In this document: positions 47,111-57,318 of the stretch, piece after piece
Layout of the letters: each line of letters opens with the position of its first letter
How positions within the stretch are numbered: the stretch's first letter is position 1
From: Deinococcales bacterium
GTDB lineage: Bacteria > Deinococcota > Deinococci > Deinococcales > JAAFIG01
Direction of reading: 5' to 3'
Length of the DNA: 64,000 bases
Assembly (NCBI GenBank): GCA_043778225.1
Contig: JAYWGM010000094.1
Span: 1 to 64,000, forward strand
Translations under genes and position numbers: made by a program
The notes under the pieces: generated by a model
The model's input: the letters and a program-made list of their open reading frames with translations, nothing else
Told to the model about the DNA's origin: nothing
Database searches by the model: none

Positions 47111-47282
47111 GAGAAAACCGCCTTTGTAAACCCGAGTAGCCTCGAGCCGAGAGAATTAGAAACGAGGAGGCAGTGGTTCATTGGCGGGTCTATTGAACCG
47201 CTCGTGCCACTGAAACCCGCGCCTAATCGTAGCGACCTCATCAGCTAAATTGTACTCGAGAAAACGTTAAAACGTAACCCCG

Positions 47283-48164
47283 TTAGCGGCTGACCAAGGT
47301 TTTAATCGCTCGAGTGGCGTTGTTGGTGTTTGGCACAGGATAATCTGGGTCGCCTTGTTGGTCGTCTGGGCGCACAAAAACCCTCGAGTCCACTTCGATT
47401 GGCATCGGTGGGCGCAGTTTTTCACGCCTTGGCTTAGCGGGAATACCATAAGCAATCGTGTGTGGTTCGATGTCTTTGGTCACGACGCTCATTGTGCCAA
47501 CAATCGCATCATCGGAAATCGTGCTGCCCGCCAAAATAGTCGAGTGGTAGGTGATTCTTGCGCCAGCCCCAATCGTGGTGTGCTTTAAGGTCACATCGCT
47601 GGTCTCGAGTGGGCTATGGGTGTGGCTATAAATGTTGGCATAATCAGAAACCGAAACATGGCTGTGCAGCGTCACACCGCCGATGTCGTCTATAAAGACA
47701 TTGCGGTGCAGGGTTACGTCATCACCAACACTGAGGTTATAACCAACACTCAATTGCACCCCCGGAAAAATCTTGACGTTTTTGCCGCAACGCAAAAAAA
47801 TATGCTGTGCTAAAACCCGCCTAAAAGCAATTCCAAACGCCATATTATGCGCCGCAGGGCTGAGGTCGAAATTGTACCAGAGCCATAAAAGCGGTTTAAC
47901 TTTGGCGAACTTTACTTTGTCCAAGATTTGGTAATGCTCTGCCTCGAGCAAGATATTATTCGGGTCTAAGTTGAGTGCCACCCACGGCAAACGTGCCTCG
48001 AGTTCGGGATAGGTTGTACCGTATAAAAACTGAGCGAGTAATTCACGACACAACAAAGCGCGGTTGGTGTTTGCATCGGATAGTTTTGCGGTTAAGTCCT
48101 GCAAATAAGTATCGAATGCACTAGAAGCGCTTTGGGTGATGTGTCGAGTCTCGAGCCAAGCCAT
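47283..48164 (-). CDS. Hexapeptide-repeat (LbH) acyltransferase
   Basis: Hexapeptide repeats and SVVTKDI..HTIAYGIPAK. Confidence 0.85.
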   Translation of the reverse strand: MAWLETRHITQSASSAFDTYLQDLTAKLSDANTNRALLCRELLAQFLYGTTYPELEARLPWVALNLDPNNILLEAEHYQILDKVKFAKVKPLLWLWYNFDLSPAAHNMAFGIAFRRVLAQHIFLRCGKNVKIFPGVQLSVGYNLSVGDDVTLHRNVFIDDIGGVTLHSHVSVSDYANIYSHTHSPLETSDVTLKHTTIGAGARITYHSTILAGSTISDDAIVGTMSVVTKDIEPHTIAYGIPAKPRREKLRPPMPIEVDSRVFVRPDDQQGDPDYPVPNTNNATRAIKTLVSR

Positions 48165-48281
48165 GCGGTTAGCTTACGGAATTTACTTGGCAACTCGAGT
48201 ATTGAAGGTAACGCAGCCAAAGAAATCTCCAGCATAAAGTTTCTCATGGTCGTTTTTAGGATTTAAGTGCATACTAAACCC

Positions 48282-48980
48282 ATGAGACGATTTATTGTTG
48301 CTGTGGTGTTTTTGGGTTCGCTGACTTTTGCTCAGGAAGGCTTTATCTCGAGTTACCACCCATATCCGAGCGCCAAAAAAATTGCGTTGCGAAACTGCAT
48401 CAATAATGCCACTGGTTTTGTCTGTCCACACGGACGGGTCTTGGTGCGTCGCACTGCACAAGGCGAGCAAATTGTGAATCTAGATTTATTTGGGCGGCGC
48501 TACCCAATTCGTTTTGCAACCATGCCGAGTTTTGTCTCGAGTGTCTGGCAAGCCGACCTCAATTTAGACCGCAAAGCCGACATGATTATTAAATTAAACT
48601 GGGGCGGCAATGGTATTATTGCCGATGGTAACCTGACCGTTTTTGCGCTCTCGAGTACAAGTGGTTACAAGCTAACCACCATCAATACCATTACTTTTGA
48701 CCCGAACGCCCTGATTTATTTGCGTGGCAAGCCGACCATTCTGCACACTGCTTTGGTGGGTGTCACTTTTCCTAGCAGTAAAAAATTTGCCGAGCGCAAC
48801 CATAACTATTGGGTTTTTCATCCGCTCGAGATTCGCGGTGCTAGACTCTCTAAAAACCAAGCTGCCACTTGGGTGCAGTACACCTACATACCAAGTCATC
48901 GGGCTGCCCGCTTAACCAAGACTCAAAAAAGTACAGCCTTGCGGCTCGAGCCAATTCAATTTTTTGAAACGATGAAATAA
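48282..48980 (+). CDS. Secreted hypothetical protein
   Basis: Signal peptide and one FG-GAP-like ADLNLDRKAD motif. Confidence 0.65.
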   Translation: MRRFIVAVVFLGSLTFAQEGFISSYHPYPSAKKIALRNCINNATGFVCPHGRVLVRRTAQGEQIVNLDLFGRRYPIRFATMPSFVSSVWQADLNLDRKADMIIKLNWGGNGIIADGNLTVFALSSTSGYKLTTINTITFDPNALIYLRGKPTILHTALVGVTFPSSKKFAERNHNYWVFHPLEIRGARLSKNQAATWVQYTYIPSHRAARLTKTQKSTALRLEPIQFFETMK

Positions 48981-48991
48981 GGACTCCAGTC

Positions 48992-49888
48992 ATGGTAGTT
49001 TTAGGCACTGTGCTGAACTTTATGCGCCGCGCTTGGACTCCTCCGGTCACCCAAATAGACCTTGAGCGAGCCTTGAAGCAACTTGGTCTAAACAACCAAA
49101 CCCCACTGATTGTTCACTCGAGTTTATCGAGCCTTGGCAACATGATTGGCGGCGCAAAAAGTGTCCTCAACGCCCTCGGGCGCTACTCGAGTACCTTGGT
49201 GATGCCCACTTTTACTTATTACACTTTGGTCTGGCCTGCCGCTTATCGCAACGAAGATTGGCCCATCTCACCCGGCGAGGATGGACCACCGTTTCGTCCA
49301 GACAGCCCTGTCTCGAGAGACATCGGACGAATCCCACAAGTCTTTCTCGAGCAAGCCGGCGTGCTTCGCAGTCAGCACCCGACCCTTTCTTTTGGCGCTC
49401 GCGGAGACGATGCTGCCCTGATTTTGGGGGTGCAAACCCTCGAACACCCCTATGCCCCGATTGGCGTTCTCGAGCAGCTTGATGCTTGGGTGCTGCTTTT
49501 GGGGGTAGACCACCGCAGCAACACCAGTCTGCACTACGGCGAATTTATGGCGGGTCGCCCACTTTTGGAGCGCTGGGCAAATACCAAAAATGGGATGGTA
49601 CGCACCTTCTATCCCAATTGCAGTGCTGCCTTTAATGGAATCGAAGGCAGTCTAAAAACCTTACGCAGCCTTGACTTGGGTCATGCCACGCTGCAAGTGG
49701 CTCGAGTACGCGATGTTGTGGCAGCCACAGGGCGGTTAATCAATAATCATCCAGAAGCGCTGCTGTGCAGTTACCCCAATTGCCGTTGTCAAAATGTGCG
49801 GGCAAAAATTCGCCGTGATGGCATTCGGGCAAGGCGCGACACTCGGCTCGAGGAATGGTTGGGAACACAGCAACTCGAGGCGGTATGA
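48992..49888 (+). CDS. AAC(3) family N-acetyltransferase homolog
   Basis: IVHSSLSSLG, LVMPTFT, RSQHP..SF and LLLGV...NTSLH..E. Confidence 0.88.
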   Translation: MVVLGTVLNFMRRAWTPPVTQIDLERALKQLGLNNQTPLIVHSSLSSLGNMIGGAKSVLNALGRYSSTLVMPTFTYYTLVWPAAYRNEDWPISPGEDGPPFRPDSPVSRDIGRIPQVFLEQAGVLRSQHPTLSFGARGDDAALILGVQTLEHPYAPIGVLEQLDAWVLLLGVDHRSNTSLHYGEFMAGRPLLERWANTKNGMVRTFYPNCSAAFNGIEGSLKTLRSLDLGHATLQVARVRDVVAATGRLINNHPEALLCSYPNCRCQNVRAKIRRDGIRARRDTRLEEWLGTQQLEAV

Positions 49889-49968
49889 AGCCCGAAACTC
49901 GAGGCGGCGTAAAGCCCGAAACTCGAGGCGGTATGAAGCCCAACACTCGAGGCGGCGTAAAGCCCGAA
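49873..49968. repeat. 24-bp tandem repeat x4 (ABAB), each unit with CTCGAG
   Basis: actcgaggcggtatgaagcccgaa alternating with actcgaggcggcgtaaagcccgaa. Confidence 0.95.
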
Positions 49969-49969
49969 G

Positions 49970-50581
49970 CTAGGCTTGGCTGACTTTTTGCTCGAGTAAA
50001 TCCCCGATTTCGGCAGCCCCGAGTAAATCGTTACCCCGTTCAAAAGCGGCTTTACTTTGCAGCAGCATGGCTTTACGCATGGTTGGGTTAGCAGCCACTT
50101 CGCCCAGCCCACGGTAGGCACAGGCTTGGGCAATCTGGTCGCCAGCCAATTGGGCTTGCTCGAGTGCCACCCCAAGCCACTGTCGTGCTTGGGGCAACTG
50201 CCCGAGCTTAGCGTAAATAATGCCCTGCTCAAAAGCATTGGCACTGACCGCCAGTGGTGGATTCTCGAGCTTGGCAATAATTTTGGCTTCTTGGGCAAAA
50301 ACCTCGAGGGCTGTTTGGTACTGTTCTGCCATGCGCTCGACCATCCCAAGCTGATGCAGTGCCGCATACTCGCGCCCAAAATCTTGTTGGCTCTGCGCCT
50401 CGAGCCACAGCAAGTCACATTCGCTTCTTGCCTCCTCAAAGCGCCCTGTGCGTGCAAAGACATAAACCAAGCCCATCCGAGCCACCGCCGCTAAACTTGG
50501 CTCGAATCTGGCACGACGAAACTCGAGTTCGGCTTGTGCAAAATCCTCGGCTTCAAACGCCGCCCAAGCTCGAGCCAACAT
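49970..50581 (-). CDS. Tetratricopeptide repeat protein
   Basis: TPR-like helices (ALHQLGMVERM..Y..AL; AYRGLGEV). Confidence 0.8.
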   Translation of the reverse strand: MLARAWAAFEAEDFAQAELEFRRARFEPSLAAVARMGLVYVFARTGRFEEARSECDLLWLEAQSQQDFGREYAALHQLGMVERMAEQYQTALEVFAQEAKIIAKLENPPLAVSANAFEQGIIYAKLGQLPQARQWLGVALEQAQLAGDQIAQACAYRGLGEVAANPTMRKAMLLQSKAAFERGNDLLGAAEIGDLLEQKVSQA

Positions 50582-51253
50582 TTAGATACCAGGAATCGGT
50601 AATCCCAAAGCTGCAATCGCACTGAGCATACCGCTAATGATTGGACTGCGAACTGCTCCAAGTAAACCCGTAAAAGACAGCACCAAAAAAATTCCCATAA
50701 AACCAAATGGGGTGCGGCTCATCCATTGCTCGAGATTGCTTAGAAAACTTTTGACTTTACTGTTGCCAACCGCAAATAAGGCTCGAGCGCCATCGAGCGG
50801 CGGAATCGGAAAAATAAAAATAGCCGCCAAAGAAATACTGTTAAACGCCCCAAGCATAATGCCCAAAACCAAAGACCGCAGGCTGTCGTCGCTGCCCGAA
50901 AGCTGGGTAATAAAACTGGCGACCAGCATCAGCACAAATGCCCAAAGCAGCATCGAGATTGGTCCAGCCAACCAGACAGCGGCTTCTTTAGCATACTGAC
51001 GGTTGTGTAGGCGCACGGGTACAGAAGTTGGAACTGCAAAACCAAAAATAGCCAACCAAATCCACGAGAAGCTATCCAAGTGCAGTGTCGGGTTGCTGGT
51101 GCTGGCAAAGCCGCGCTGCTTGGCGCTTGGGTCGCCAAAGGCATTGGCAAGTAAGGCTTGAAAGACATTGTGCAAGACAATGCCAAACGCCAAGACAAAG
51201 AGCGCAATTAGGTACGCCAGAGGGTCTTGTCCGAGGTATTGAATAAAAAACAT
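50582..51253 (-). CDS. Site-2 protease (M50) homolog lacking HExxH
   Basis: A..FGD, NP..HLD, AGP and PIPPLDG motifs; LHNVFQ at the HExxH position. Confidence 0.8.
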   Translation of the reverse strand: MFFIQYLGQDPLAYLIALFVLAFGIVLHNVFQALLANAFGDPSAKQRGFASTSNPTLHLDSFSWIWLAIFGFAVPTSVPVRLHNRQYAKEAAVWLAGPISMLLWAFVLMLVASFITQLSGSDDSLRSLVLGIMLGAFNSISLAAIFIFPIPPLDGARALFAVGNSKVKSFLSNLEQWMSRTPFGFMGIFLVLSFTGLLGAVRSPIISGMLSAIAALGLPIPGI

Positions 51254-51391
51254 AAGTACAAATAGGCTAACACGTCAAGCCTCGAGACTCGAGGGGTGAA
51301 AGTTCCATTTCAAAGTTTCAAAAGCTCCATTTGAACTGGGGTCATTTTGCCCGATTCGCATTTTGTGCCTAAAAATGTGTACGATACAAAA

Positions 51392-52093
51392 GTGAACGCG
51401 CTCGAACTCCTCGGCACGATTCAAGCGATGGACTTGGATTTAGACAAGCTACGACTTGATGAAGACAGCATTCCTGGTGAGTTAAAAGCCGCTCGGGAAG
51501 ATAAAACCAGGCATCATGCCAAACTCGAGAAACTGCGCCAAGAGCATCTGGCAGTGCGGCGTAAGTTATCTGAAGCCGAGTTAGAACTGGCGGCGCTTGG
51601 CGAACAACTTAAACGTGCCGAACACGACCAACAGCACTCCTCGAGCGCCAAAGAGCAAGGGCAGTACGCCAGCCGTGTGGTTTCTTTGCGTGGCGAAATC
51701 AATGACCTGACCGACGACAGCTTGCCACTGACCGAAAAACTCGACGACTTAAATGCCCAAATCGAAGACATTGGTTTACTGCTCGATGAAGTCGAGCCAA
51801 AACTCGAGCATTTAGAAAGTCTGGATGACGACCGCATCAAAGAACTACAAAAACAGTTTGCGGTTCAACAAGCCAAACGCGATGCCCTAGCGGTCGGCGT
51901 GGACGAGAAAGTCTTAAAAGAATACGATCATGTCCGCAAAGCCAAAAAAGGCATTGGTTTTGTCAAGGTTATCGCTGGTAAATGCGGCGGTTGCAAAGTC
52001 CAATTAACCCCTAATTTGGTACAGCGCATTCGGGCTGGGCAATTTCCGGTTAAATGTCAATCGTGCGGTCGGATTCTTTCACCTTCGGTCTAA
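51392..52093 (+). CDS. Coiled-coil C4 zinc-ribbon protein (DUF164-like)
   Basis: Long coiled coil ending CGGC...CQSCGRIL. Confidence 0.88.
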   Translation: MNALELLGTIQAMDLDLDKLRLDEDSIPGELKAAREDKTRHHAKLEKLRQEHLAVRRKLSEAELELAALGEQLKRAEHDQQHSSSAKEQGQYASRVVSLRGEINDLTDDSLPLTEKLDDLNAQIEDIGLLLDEVEPKLEHLESLDDDRIKELQKQFAVQQAKRDALAVGVDEKVLKEYDHVRKAKKGIGFVKVIAGKCGGCKVQLTPNLVQRIRAGQFPVKCQSCGRILSPSV

Positions 52094-52096
52094 GTT

Positions 52097-52555
52097 GTGG
52101 AGCTTGCGTTGTTTGCCATTCGTCGAGCCTTAAAGCGCGATCTTGATTCATTGCTCGAGGTTTGTCTGGCGTGGCAAGGCGCACCGGCTGTGGCAAATCC
52201 GCAACGTTTACGCGAATTGCTCGAGCAAGCCCTTTCGGACGACGACAGCACCATTTATTTGGCGTTTACCGATTCGGTTGTGGCTGGCTTTGCCCACATC
52301 ACCTTTCAGGCACGCCCAGTCCGACTTGGCTGGCGCTGCACAATCGAAGAGCTTCATGCGCTGCCAGAGTACACTGGAAGCCTCGAGCCACGGCTTTTAG
52401 AAGCGATTGTCCACGAATGCCAACAGCGCGGCGATGTGATTGCGCTGTATTTACTGACCCAGCCCGACCTCGAGCCACACCAACTCGAGTTTTATGGCTC
52501 GCTGGGTTTTAAGGAACGTGGGCGTGAAGTCTTGATTTATGGTGGACTGACATGA
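52097..52555 (+). CDS. GNAT family N-acetyltransferase
   Basis: IRRA..D, VAGF, IEEL...PEY.G and FYGSLGF. Confidence 0.8.
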   Translation: MELALFAIRRALKRDLDSLLEVCLAWQGAPAVANPQRLRELLEQALSDDDSTIYLAFTDSVVAGFAHITFQARPVRLGWRCTIEELHALPEYTGSLEPRLLEAIVHECQQRGDVIALYLLTQPDLEPHQLEFYGSLGFKERGREVLIYGGLT

Positions 52556-52968
52556 ATTACGCGGCGCTCTTGGCGGTGCTGGTTGCCTTGAGCTTGGCAT
52601 TTCCTGTTTTGGTGCGGGTTGCCAATGCCAATGGTCTGCCGCAGTCCTACAGCCTTGTGGCGGCAGCGCTTGGAGCGATTTTTGTGCTGGCTTGGTTTTT
52701 GATTCGCCAACGGGTCAATCGTTACCGCAGCCTCAGCGCTCGAATTGAAAGTATCAAACAAAAACTGCTCGAGAACCCCGAAGTGGTTGGGTCATATTTT
52801 GACCAAAACGAACACTTAGGCGATTTACTGGTCTCTACCAATCGCCGTCGTGAGGCGTTGGGTGTTTTTGAGCAGTATTTGGAACTCGAGAAAAAATCGG
52901 GCAAAGACTTACCAAAACTCGAGGACAAAATAGCCAAGCTCAAAGCCCATTTGGATGAATTAAGCTGA
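52552..52968 (+). CDS. Membrane protein with TPR-like tail
   Basis: Two TM segments; ATGA coupling to the GNAT gene. Confidence 0.7.
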   Translation: MNYAALLAVLVALSLAFPVLVRVANANGLPQSYSLVAAALGAIFVLAWFLIRQRVNRYRSLSARIESIKQKLLENPEVVGSYFDQNEHLGDLLVSTNRRREALGVFEQYLELEKKSGKDLPKLEDKIAKLKAHLDELS

Positions 52969-53030
52969 ATGCTGGAGCAGACCTTCTCGAGAAATTCACA
53001 AATCAAGCTATTCTGGTATAAAATACCACC

Positions 53031-53726
53031 ATGCGCTGGATTTTATTGCTTCTGTTCTCGAGTTTTGCCTTGGCAGCCGATTTATCCGATGCCAAAGAAT
53101 TGTACAAAGATGGCGAGTTTTTACGTGCCGCTAAAATGGCGGCTCGACTCGAGACTTCCGAAGGGTTTTCGTTTGCGGCTCGGGCTTTAGCCGAACACGC
53201 CAACACCCGTCCTCGAGATGAGCGCGATGCTTTGTACAGCACCTGTGAGGGCTACGCCCGTCAAGCGGTAGCCCTCAATCCAAAAAACCCCGACGGTTAC
53301 TTTGAAATTGCTGTGGCAGTTGGGCAGTTAGCCAATCTGCGCGATGCCAGCTATGCCATCTCGAGCGGTGTGCCAAGTCAGGTGCGCGATAACCTCAACC
53401 AAGCCCTCGAACTGAGTCCGCGCCACTGGTTTGCGATGGTCGTCTTGGCGCGTTGGCACGCCGAAATGGCGGCTCGAGGCATCGGTTGGCTTTACGGTGC
53501 AAGTGGCGAAAGAGCCATTGAATTGCTCGAGTTAGCCATTAAAACCGCACCAAAAAGAATTCTGGTGCGGGTCGAAACGGCTTTGGCACTGTTGGTTTTG
53601 GACAAGCAAAAATACCGTGACCGAGCCAAGCGTGAACTCGAAGTGGCAGCTAAGCTCGAAGTCGTAGATGCTGCCGAGCGCCGACAATCAGAACGAGCCA
53701 AACGCGAACTCGAGAACTGGCGCTAG
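53031..53726 (+). CDS. Secreted TPR-like helical protein
   Basis: Signal peptide; ARQAVALNP and QALELSP repeats. Confidence 0.75.
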   Translation: MRWILLLLFSSFALAADLSDAKELYKDGEFLRAAKMAARLETSEGFSFAARALAEHANTRPRDERDALYSTCEGYARQAVALNPKNPDGYFEIAVAVGQLANLRDASYAISSGVPSQVRDNLNQALELSPRHWFAMVVLARWHAEMAARGIGWLYGASGERAIELLELAIKTAPKRILVRVETALALLVLDKQKYRDRAKRELEVAAKLEVVDAAERRQSERAKRELENWR

Positions 53727-53761
53727 ATTCCAAATCTCGAGAACTGGCGCTAGATTCCAAA
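53709..53761. repeat. 27-bp tandem duplication spanning the convergent stop codons
   Basis: ctcgagaactggcgctagattccaaa(t) twice. Confidence 0.95.
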
Positions 53762-54931
53762 CAGCCCACTGGCGGCTTTTTCGACCGGTTGCCCACTCGA
53801 GCCACTAAAAACATTAACCTCTTCGATAAAACGCTGAAACAAATAGAAACTGTCGTGCGGTCCTGGACTGGCTTCTGGATGGTACTGAACACTAAAAACA
53901 GGATAACGCAAATGTGCCATGCCCTCGAGACTATTGTCGTTGAGGTTAATGTGGGTGGTCATAAAATGGTCTTTGACGGTTTGGGCATCTACGGCATAAC
54001 CATGATTCTGGCTGGTGATTTCGACTTTACCGTTGATTAAATTTTTGACTGGCTGATTGCCGCCCCGATGCCCATATTTCATCTTAAAAGTCTTGCCGCC
54101 GACCGCCAAGCCCAAAATCTGATGCCCAAGGCAAATCCCAAAAGTTGGCAGTAAACCAAGCAGTTTCCAAGCGGTGTCGTGAGTATAAGCTGGAGCGCTT
54201 GGGTCGCCGGGACCGTTTGACAAAAATAAGCCCTGTGGATGCAATGCCATAATCGCAGCCGGCGTGGTGCTGGCTGGTACAACAATCACTTCTGCGCCAA
54301 TGCCCGCTAGTTTTTTAATAATCATGTGCTTAATGCCAAAGTCCATAAAGACAATGCGCTTGCCCTTCTCGAGCGTCGGATAAACATACGGTATTTGGGT
54401 CGTGACTTCGGGCATCATGTCGCGTCCATCAATGTCGTCGTGAAATTTGGCTCGAGCCACCAAACGGCGCTCTTCTTCGGGGCTGAACTCGCCAAATGGG
54501 TCTTCTGGGTGGGTGTAGGAACGGTGCGAGACCACACCTTTGACCACGCCACCTTCGCGCAGTCGGCGCACCAAGGCTCGAGTATCTATGCCCTCGATGC
54601 TGACCACGCCGTGTTGCTTGGTGAAACTCTCTAAGGCATCGGTTGCCCGAAAATTAGAGTGGTGCTTGGTGAATTCTCGAGCAATAAAACCACGCACATA
54701 GGGTTTATTGCTTTCCATATCGTAGACCGTAATGCCGTAATTGCCGATGTGCGGGTAAGTCATGCAGACAATCTGCCCGTTATAACTTGGGTCGGTCATG
54801 ATTTCTTGATAACCAGTCATGCTGGTGTTAAAAACCACTTCGCCAATCGTTTCGCCGCGTTTACCGGCAGCATAGCCACGGTAGACCGTTCCATCCTCGA
54901 GTGCCAGTACCGCCCGTTCACGTTTAAGCAT
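53750..54931 (-). CDS. carA: Carbamoyl-phosphate synthase small subunit
   Basis: [28 protein letters not shown] and [10 protein letters not shown]. Confidence 0.98.
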   Translation of the reverse strand: MLKRERAVLALEDGTVYRGYAAGKRGETIGEVVFNTSMTGYQEIMTDPSYNGQIVCMTYPHIGNYGITVYDMESNKPYVRGFIAREFTKHHSNFRATDALESFTKQHGVVSIEGIDTRALVRRLREGGVVKGVVSHRSYTHPEDPFGEFSPEEERRLVARAKFHDDIDGRDMMPEVTTQIPYVYPTLEKGKRIVFMDFGIKHMIIKKLAGIGAEVIVVPASTTPAAIMALHPQGLFLSNGPGDPSAPAYTHDTAWKLLGLLPTFGICLGHQILGLAVGGKTFKMKYGHRGGNQPVKNLINGKVEITSQNHGYAVDAQTVKDHFMTTHINLNDNSLEGMAHLRYPVFSVQYHPEASPGPHDSFYLFQRFIEEVNVFSGSSGQPVEKAASGLFGI

Positions 54932-55166
54932 GGGTCAACTCACTTTCAGAAAAAGTAATCATATCGGTTAAAACTTGGCGCTTAGGAACATCATCACGAT
55001 GCGTTAAATCCCAAAGCCGTTCAGCCATGGAAGCGTGCAAATATAATTCATCGGTTTTTGGATCATGTAAATAAGGTACTTGTTCAACCAAAATTAAACG
55101 CCCATCTATAACTTGAGAGTAATCACGGAATTCAATTTCAAAACCTTCGATGTCTTTGTGCATCAT
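54924..55166 (-). CDS. YgiT/MqsA-type antitoxin-like small protein without cysteines
   Basis: Y...[12 protein letters not shown]...E.Y......ERL pattern. Confidence 0.55.
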   Translation of the reverse strand: MMHKDIEGFEIEFRDYSQVIDGRLILVEQVPYLHDPKTDELYLHASMAERLWDLTHRDDVPKRQVLTDMITFSESELTHA

Positions 55167-55285
55167 GCTTCACCTCTGATTCCGATTCTAAACCCTGTCT
55201 GCTAAGAGTCAAGGTCGGGTTCGTTAAAACCTCACTCCTCGAGTGCCGTGTATTTATACAAAATTCTGCATAAAAATGCAAATTT

Positions 55286-56287
55286 TTAATCCACGAAAAC
55301 CGCCTCGAGCAAGTCCGCTGCAAAACGCACGGTATTTCCGCGCACCTCAAGCCAATCCGATAAAGGCTTGTTAACACCACCAATGTTCACCATGTCATTC
55401 TTAGAAACCCCATTGGTCTTTGTCCATAGAAGCCACGCTTTAATGTTGCCCTTATATTCTTTTTTCTTAATTGTATCCAAATAATCACTTGCTCGACGAA
55501 AAAACTTAGGCAAAATAAGCTGCCCAGCCGCATCTATGTCAGCTTGTGACTTCAAAACAAAATCAGATGATTTATCTATTGCCCAAACGCCGCGCTTACT
55601 GGCTCGAGCCTTGGCACTGACTTGGCGTAAATAATCGCGCTGTAGGGCTGGGGTACTCGAGTAAACGGTGTAGTATGCCAAACCGTTTTTAAGCATCACC
55701 ACATTGAGGCTTTTCTCGAGGATAGCATCGGTGATTTCGATTCTCGAGCCATCCTCAAAGACATTGGCAAACTGCCCGACGATGGCATAAGCAATCGGAC
55801 GACCATTGCCTTCAGCAGCTTGCGACAAAATTACGCCACGAATTTCTTTGGGCGTACTTTGGCGCACGATTCGGTTCTCGAGCTTGATATTTGTAAACCC
55901 CATTTCTTGCAGCAAGACATCTCGAGACTTTGCACCAAGCGGTTGCTCGAGCGACCCATAATGCAGTTCTGGCGCGTCTATCCCTTCAAAACGCAGTTGC
56001 ACACTGCCATCTGCCGAGACTTTGATTCGGCTTGGATTTTTGAGGGTAAACAGTAATTTCTGGTTATCTGGCTTAAAACGCACGCTATCACCATCGGGAG
56101 ATTTACCAATAATCACAAATGCACCTTTTAAGACTAAAAAACCTTTGGCTTTTTTGTTGATGGTTGGTGTGGAGCTTGGAATTGGACTCGAGTCTTTTGA
56201 TTGAATCTGTGGCTGAAATAAAAATAAAGCAACTGCTCCAACCAAGACAATCAAAAGCGGCACAAGCCACGGGAGGCGTAAAAACAT
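55286..56287 (-). CDS. Membrane-anchored thermonuclease (SNase-like) family protein
   Basis: DGDSV, LRFEGIDAPE, GRPIAY, GLAY and AR..KRGVW. Confidence 0.82.
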   Translation of the reverse strand: MFLRLPWLVPLLIVLVGAVALFLFQPQIQSKDSSPIPSSTPTINKKAKGFLVLKGAFVIIGKSPDGDSVRFKPDNQKLLFTLKNPSRIKVSADGSVQLRFEGIDAPELHYGSLEQPLGAKSRDVLLQEMGFTNIKLENRIVRQSTPKEIRGVILSQAAEGNGRPIAYAIVGQFANVFEDGSRIEITDAILEKSLNVVMLKNGLAYYTVYSSTPALQRDYLRQVSAKARASKRGVWAIDKSSDFVLKSQADIDAAGQLILPKFFRRASDYLDTIKKKEYKGNIKAWLLWTKTNGVSKNDMVNIGGVNKPLSDWLEVRGNTVRFAADLLEAVFVD

Positions 56288-56315
56288 AGGCGCTACAATA
56301 CCGTATAATCAGTCC

Positions 56316-56879
56316 ATGCTTGCCGAACGCTCAAACCCAATCATTGAACCGACACGGTTCAAATTTAGTTTTGAAATGTTTGAATCCTTGAGTGAAAATG
56401 GGCATTTTGTAGATAAAATAGTCGAATTGTTGAACGGAGAAATACTTGTGAAAGGACTTCAATCCGACGACCATGCTTACGCCATTCAAAACCTGACCGA
56501 TATTTTTTATGCTGTTCTGAGTGAGCAAGCCACAATTCGGGTTCAGTTACCTCTGGTTCTCGAGTCTCCTCCTCCAGATTTTGTTGTACCAGATATAGCA
56601 CTCTTAAAACTTCCAAAATTACAATATAAAACCCGTACTGCAAGCTCGAGCGATGCGCTTTTGGTGGTCGAAATCAGCAATTCAACACTGGACTACGACC
56701 AGACTACAAAACTCGAAGCCTATGCCAGAAATATGATTCCCGAATACTGGATTTATCACCTAAATACCAATCAACTCGAGGTCTGCTCAGAACCGAACGC
56801 TCAGACTTATGCCTTGCGTCGGATGCTTAAACACGGACAAGTTGCTGAAATACTTGGCTCGAGCCTAAAGTGGTGGTGA
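56316..56879 (+). CDS. Uma2 family endonuclease
   Basis: VELLNGEI, PDIALL, VVEISNST..YD..K...YA and IPEYW. Confidence 0.9.
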   Translation: MLAERSNPIIEPTRFKFSFEMFESLSENGHFVDKIVELLNGEILVKGLQSDDHAYAIQNLTDIFYAVLSEQATIRVQLPLVLESPPPDFVVPDIALLKLPKLQYKTRTASSSDALLVVEISNSTLDYDQTTKLEAYARNMIPEYWIYHLNTNQLEVCSEPNAQTYALRRMLKHGQVAEILGSSLKWW

Positions 56880-57318
56880 CCGCCTTAAAGTAGGTGCGGT
56901 ACTCGAGGTCTTCACGCATAAATCCCATGCGTTCATAGAGTTTTTGCCCAGACAAGTTGGTGTGGGCTGTCTCGAGAACCACGCCTTTTGCACCGCTTTC
57001 TTTGGCGTGTGCTAAGGCTCGTTCAATCAGGCGTTCGCCGACGCGCTGCCCTCGAGAGGCTGGGATGACGTACAAATCGTTGAGAATCCAAAGACGCTGC
57101 ATTCCAACACTGGTAAAACTTGGAAAAAGCTGTGTAAACCCAAGTGGCACATCGTTCTCGAGCGCCAAAAAAAGCACAGTTTCGCGCAGCAGCAAACGCT
57201 GGCGAAGAAATTCTCGAGCCGAGGTTATATCGGAGGCTTGACCATAAAAAACGCGGTAGGCATCGAATAGCGGCGCGATTTGCTCGAGATGATCTAAGGT
57301 GACACTGATGATGTTCAT
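56827..57318 (-). CDS. GNAT family N-acetyltransferase
   Basis: FDAYRVFY, GFTQL, LNDLYV..RGQRVG and LYERMGF. Confidence 0.9.
   Translation of the reverse strand: MNIISVTLDHLEQIAPLFDAYRVFYGQASDITSAREFLRQRLLLRETVLFLALENDVPLGFTQLFPSFTSVGMQRLWILNDLYVIPASRGQRVGERLIERALAHAKESGAKGVVLETAHTNLSGQKLYERMGFMREDLEYRTYFKAVTTTLGSSQVFQQLVRV

Noticed and set aside
48992..49888. Acquired aminoglycoside resistance gene
   Set aside because: Native composition, CTCGAG-rich and no mobile context; AAC(3)-family homology alone does not show resistance.
49873..49968. Possible CRISPR array
   Set aside because: Units are contiguous with no unique spacers and there are no cas genes; it is a simple tandem repeat.
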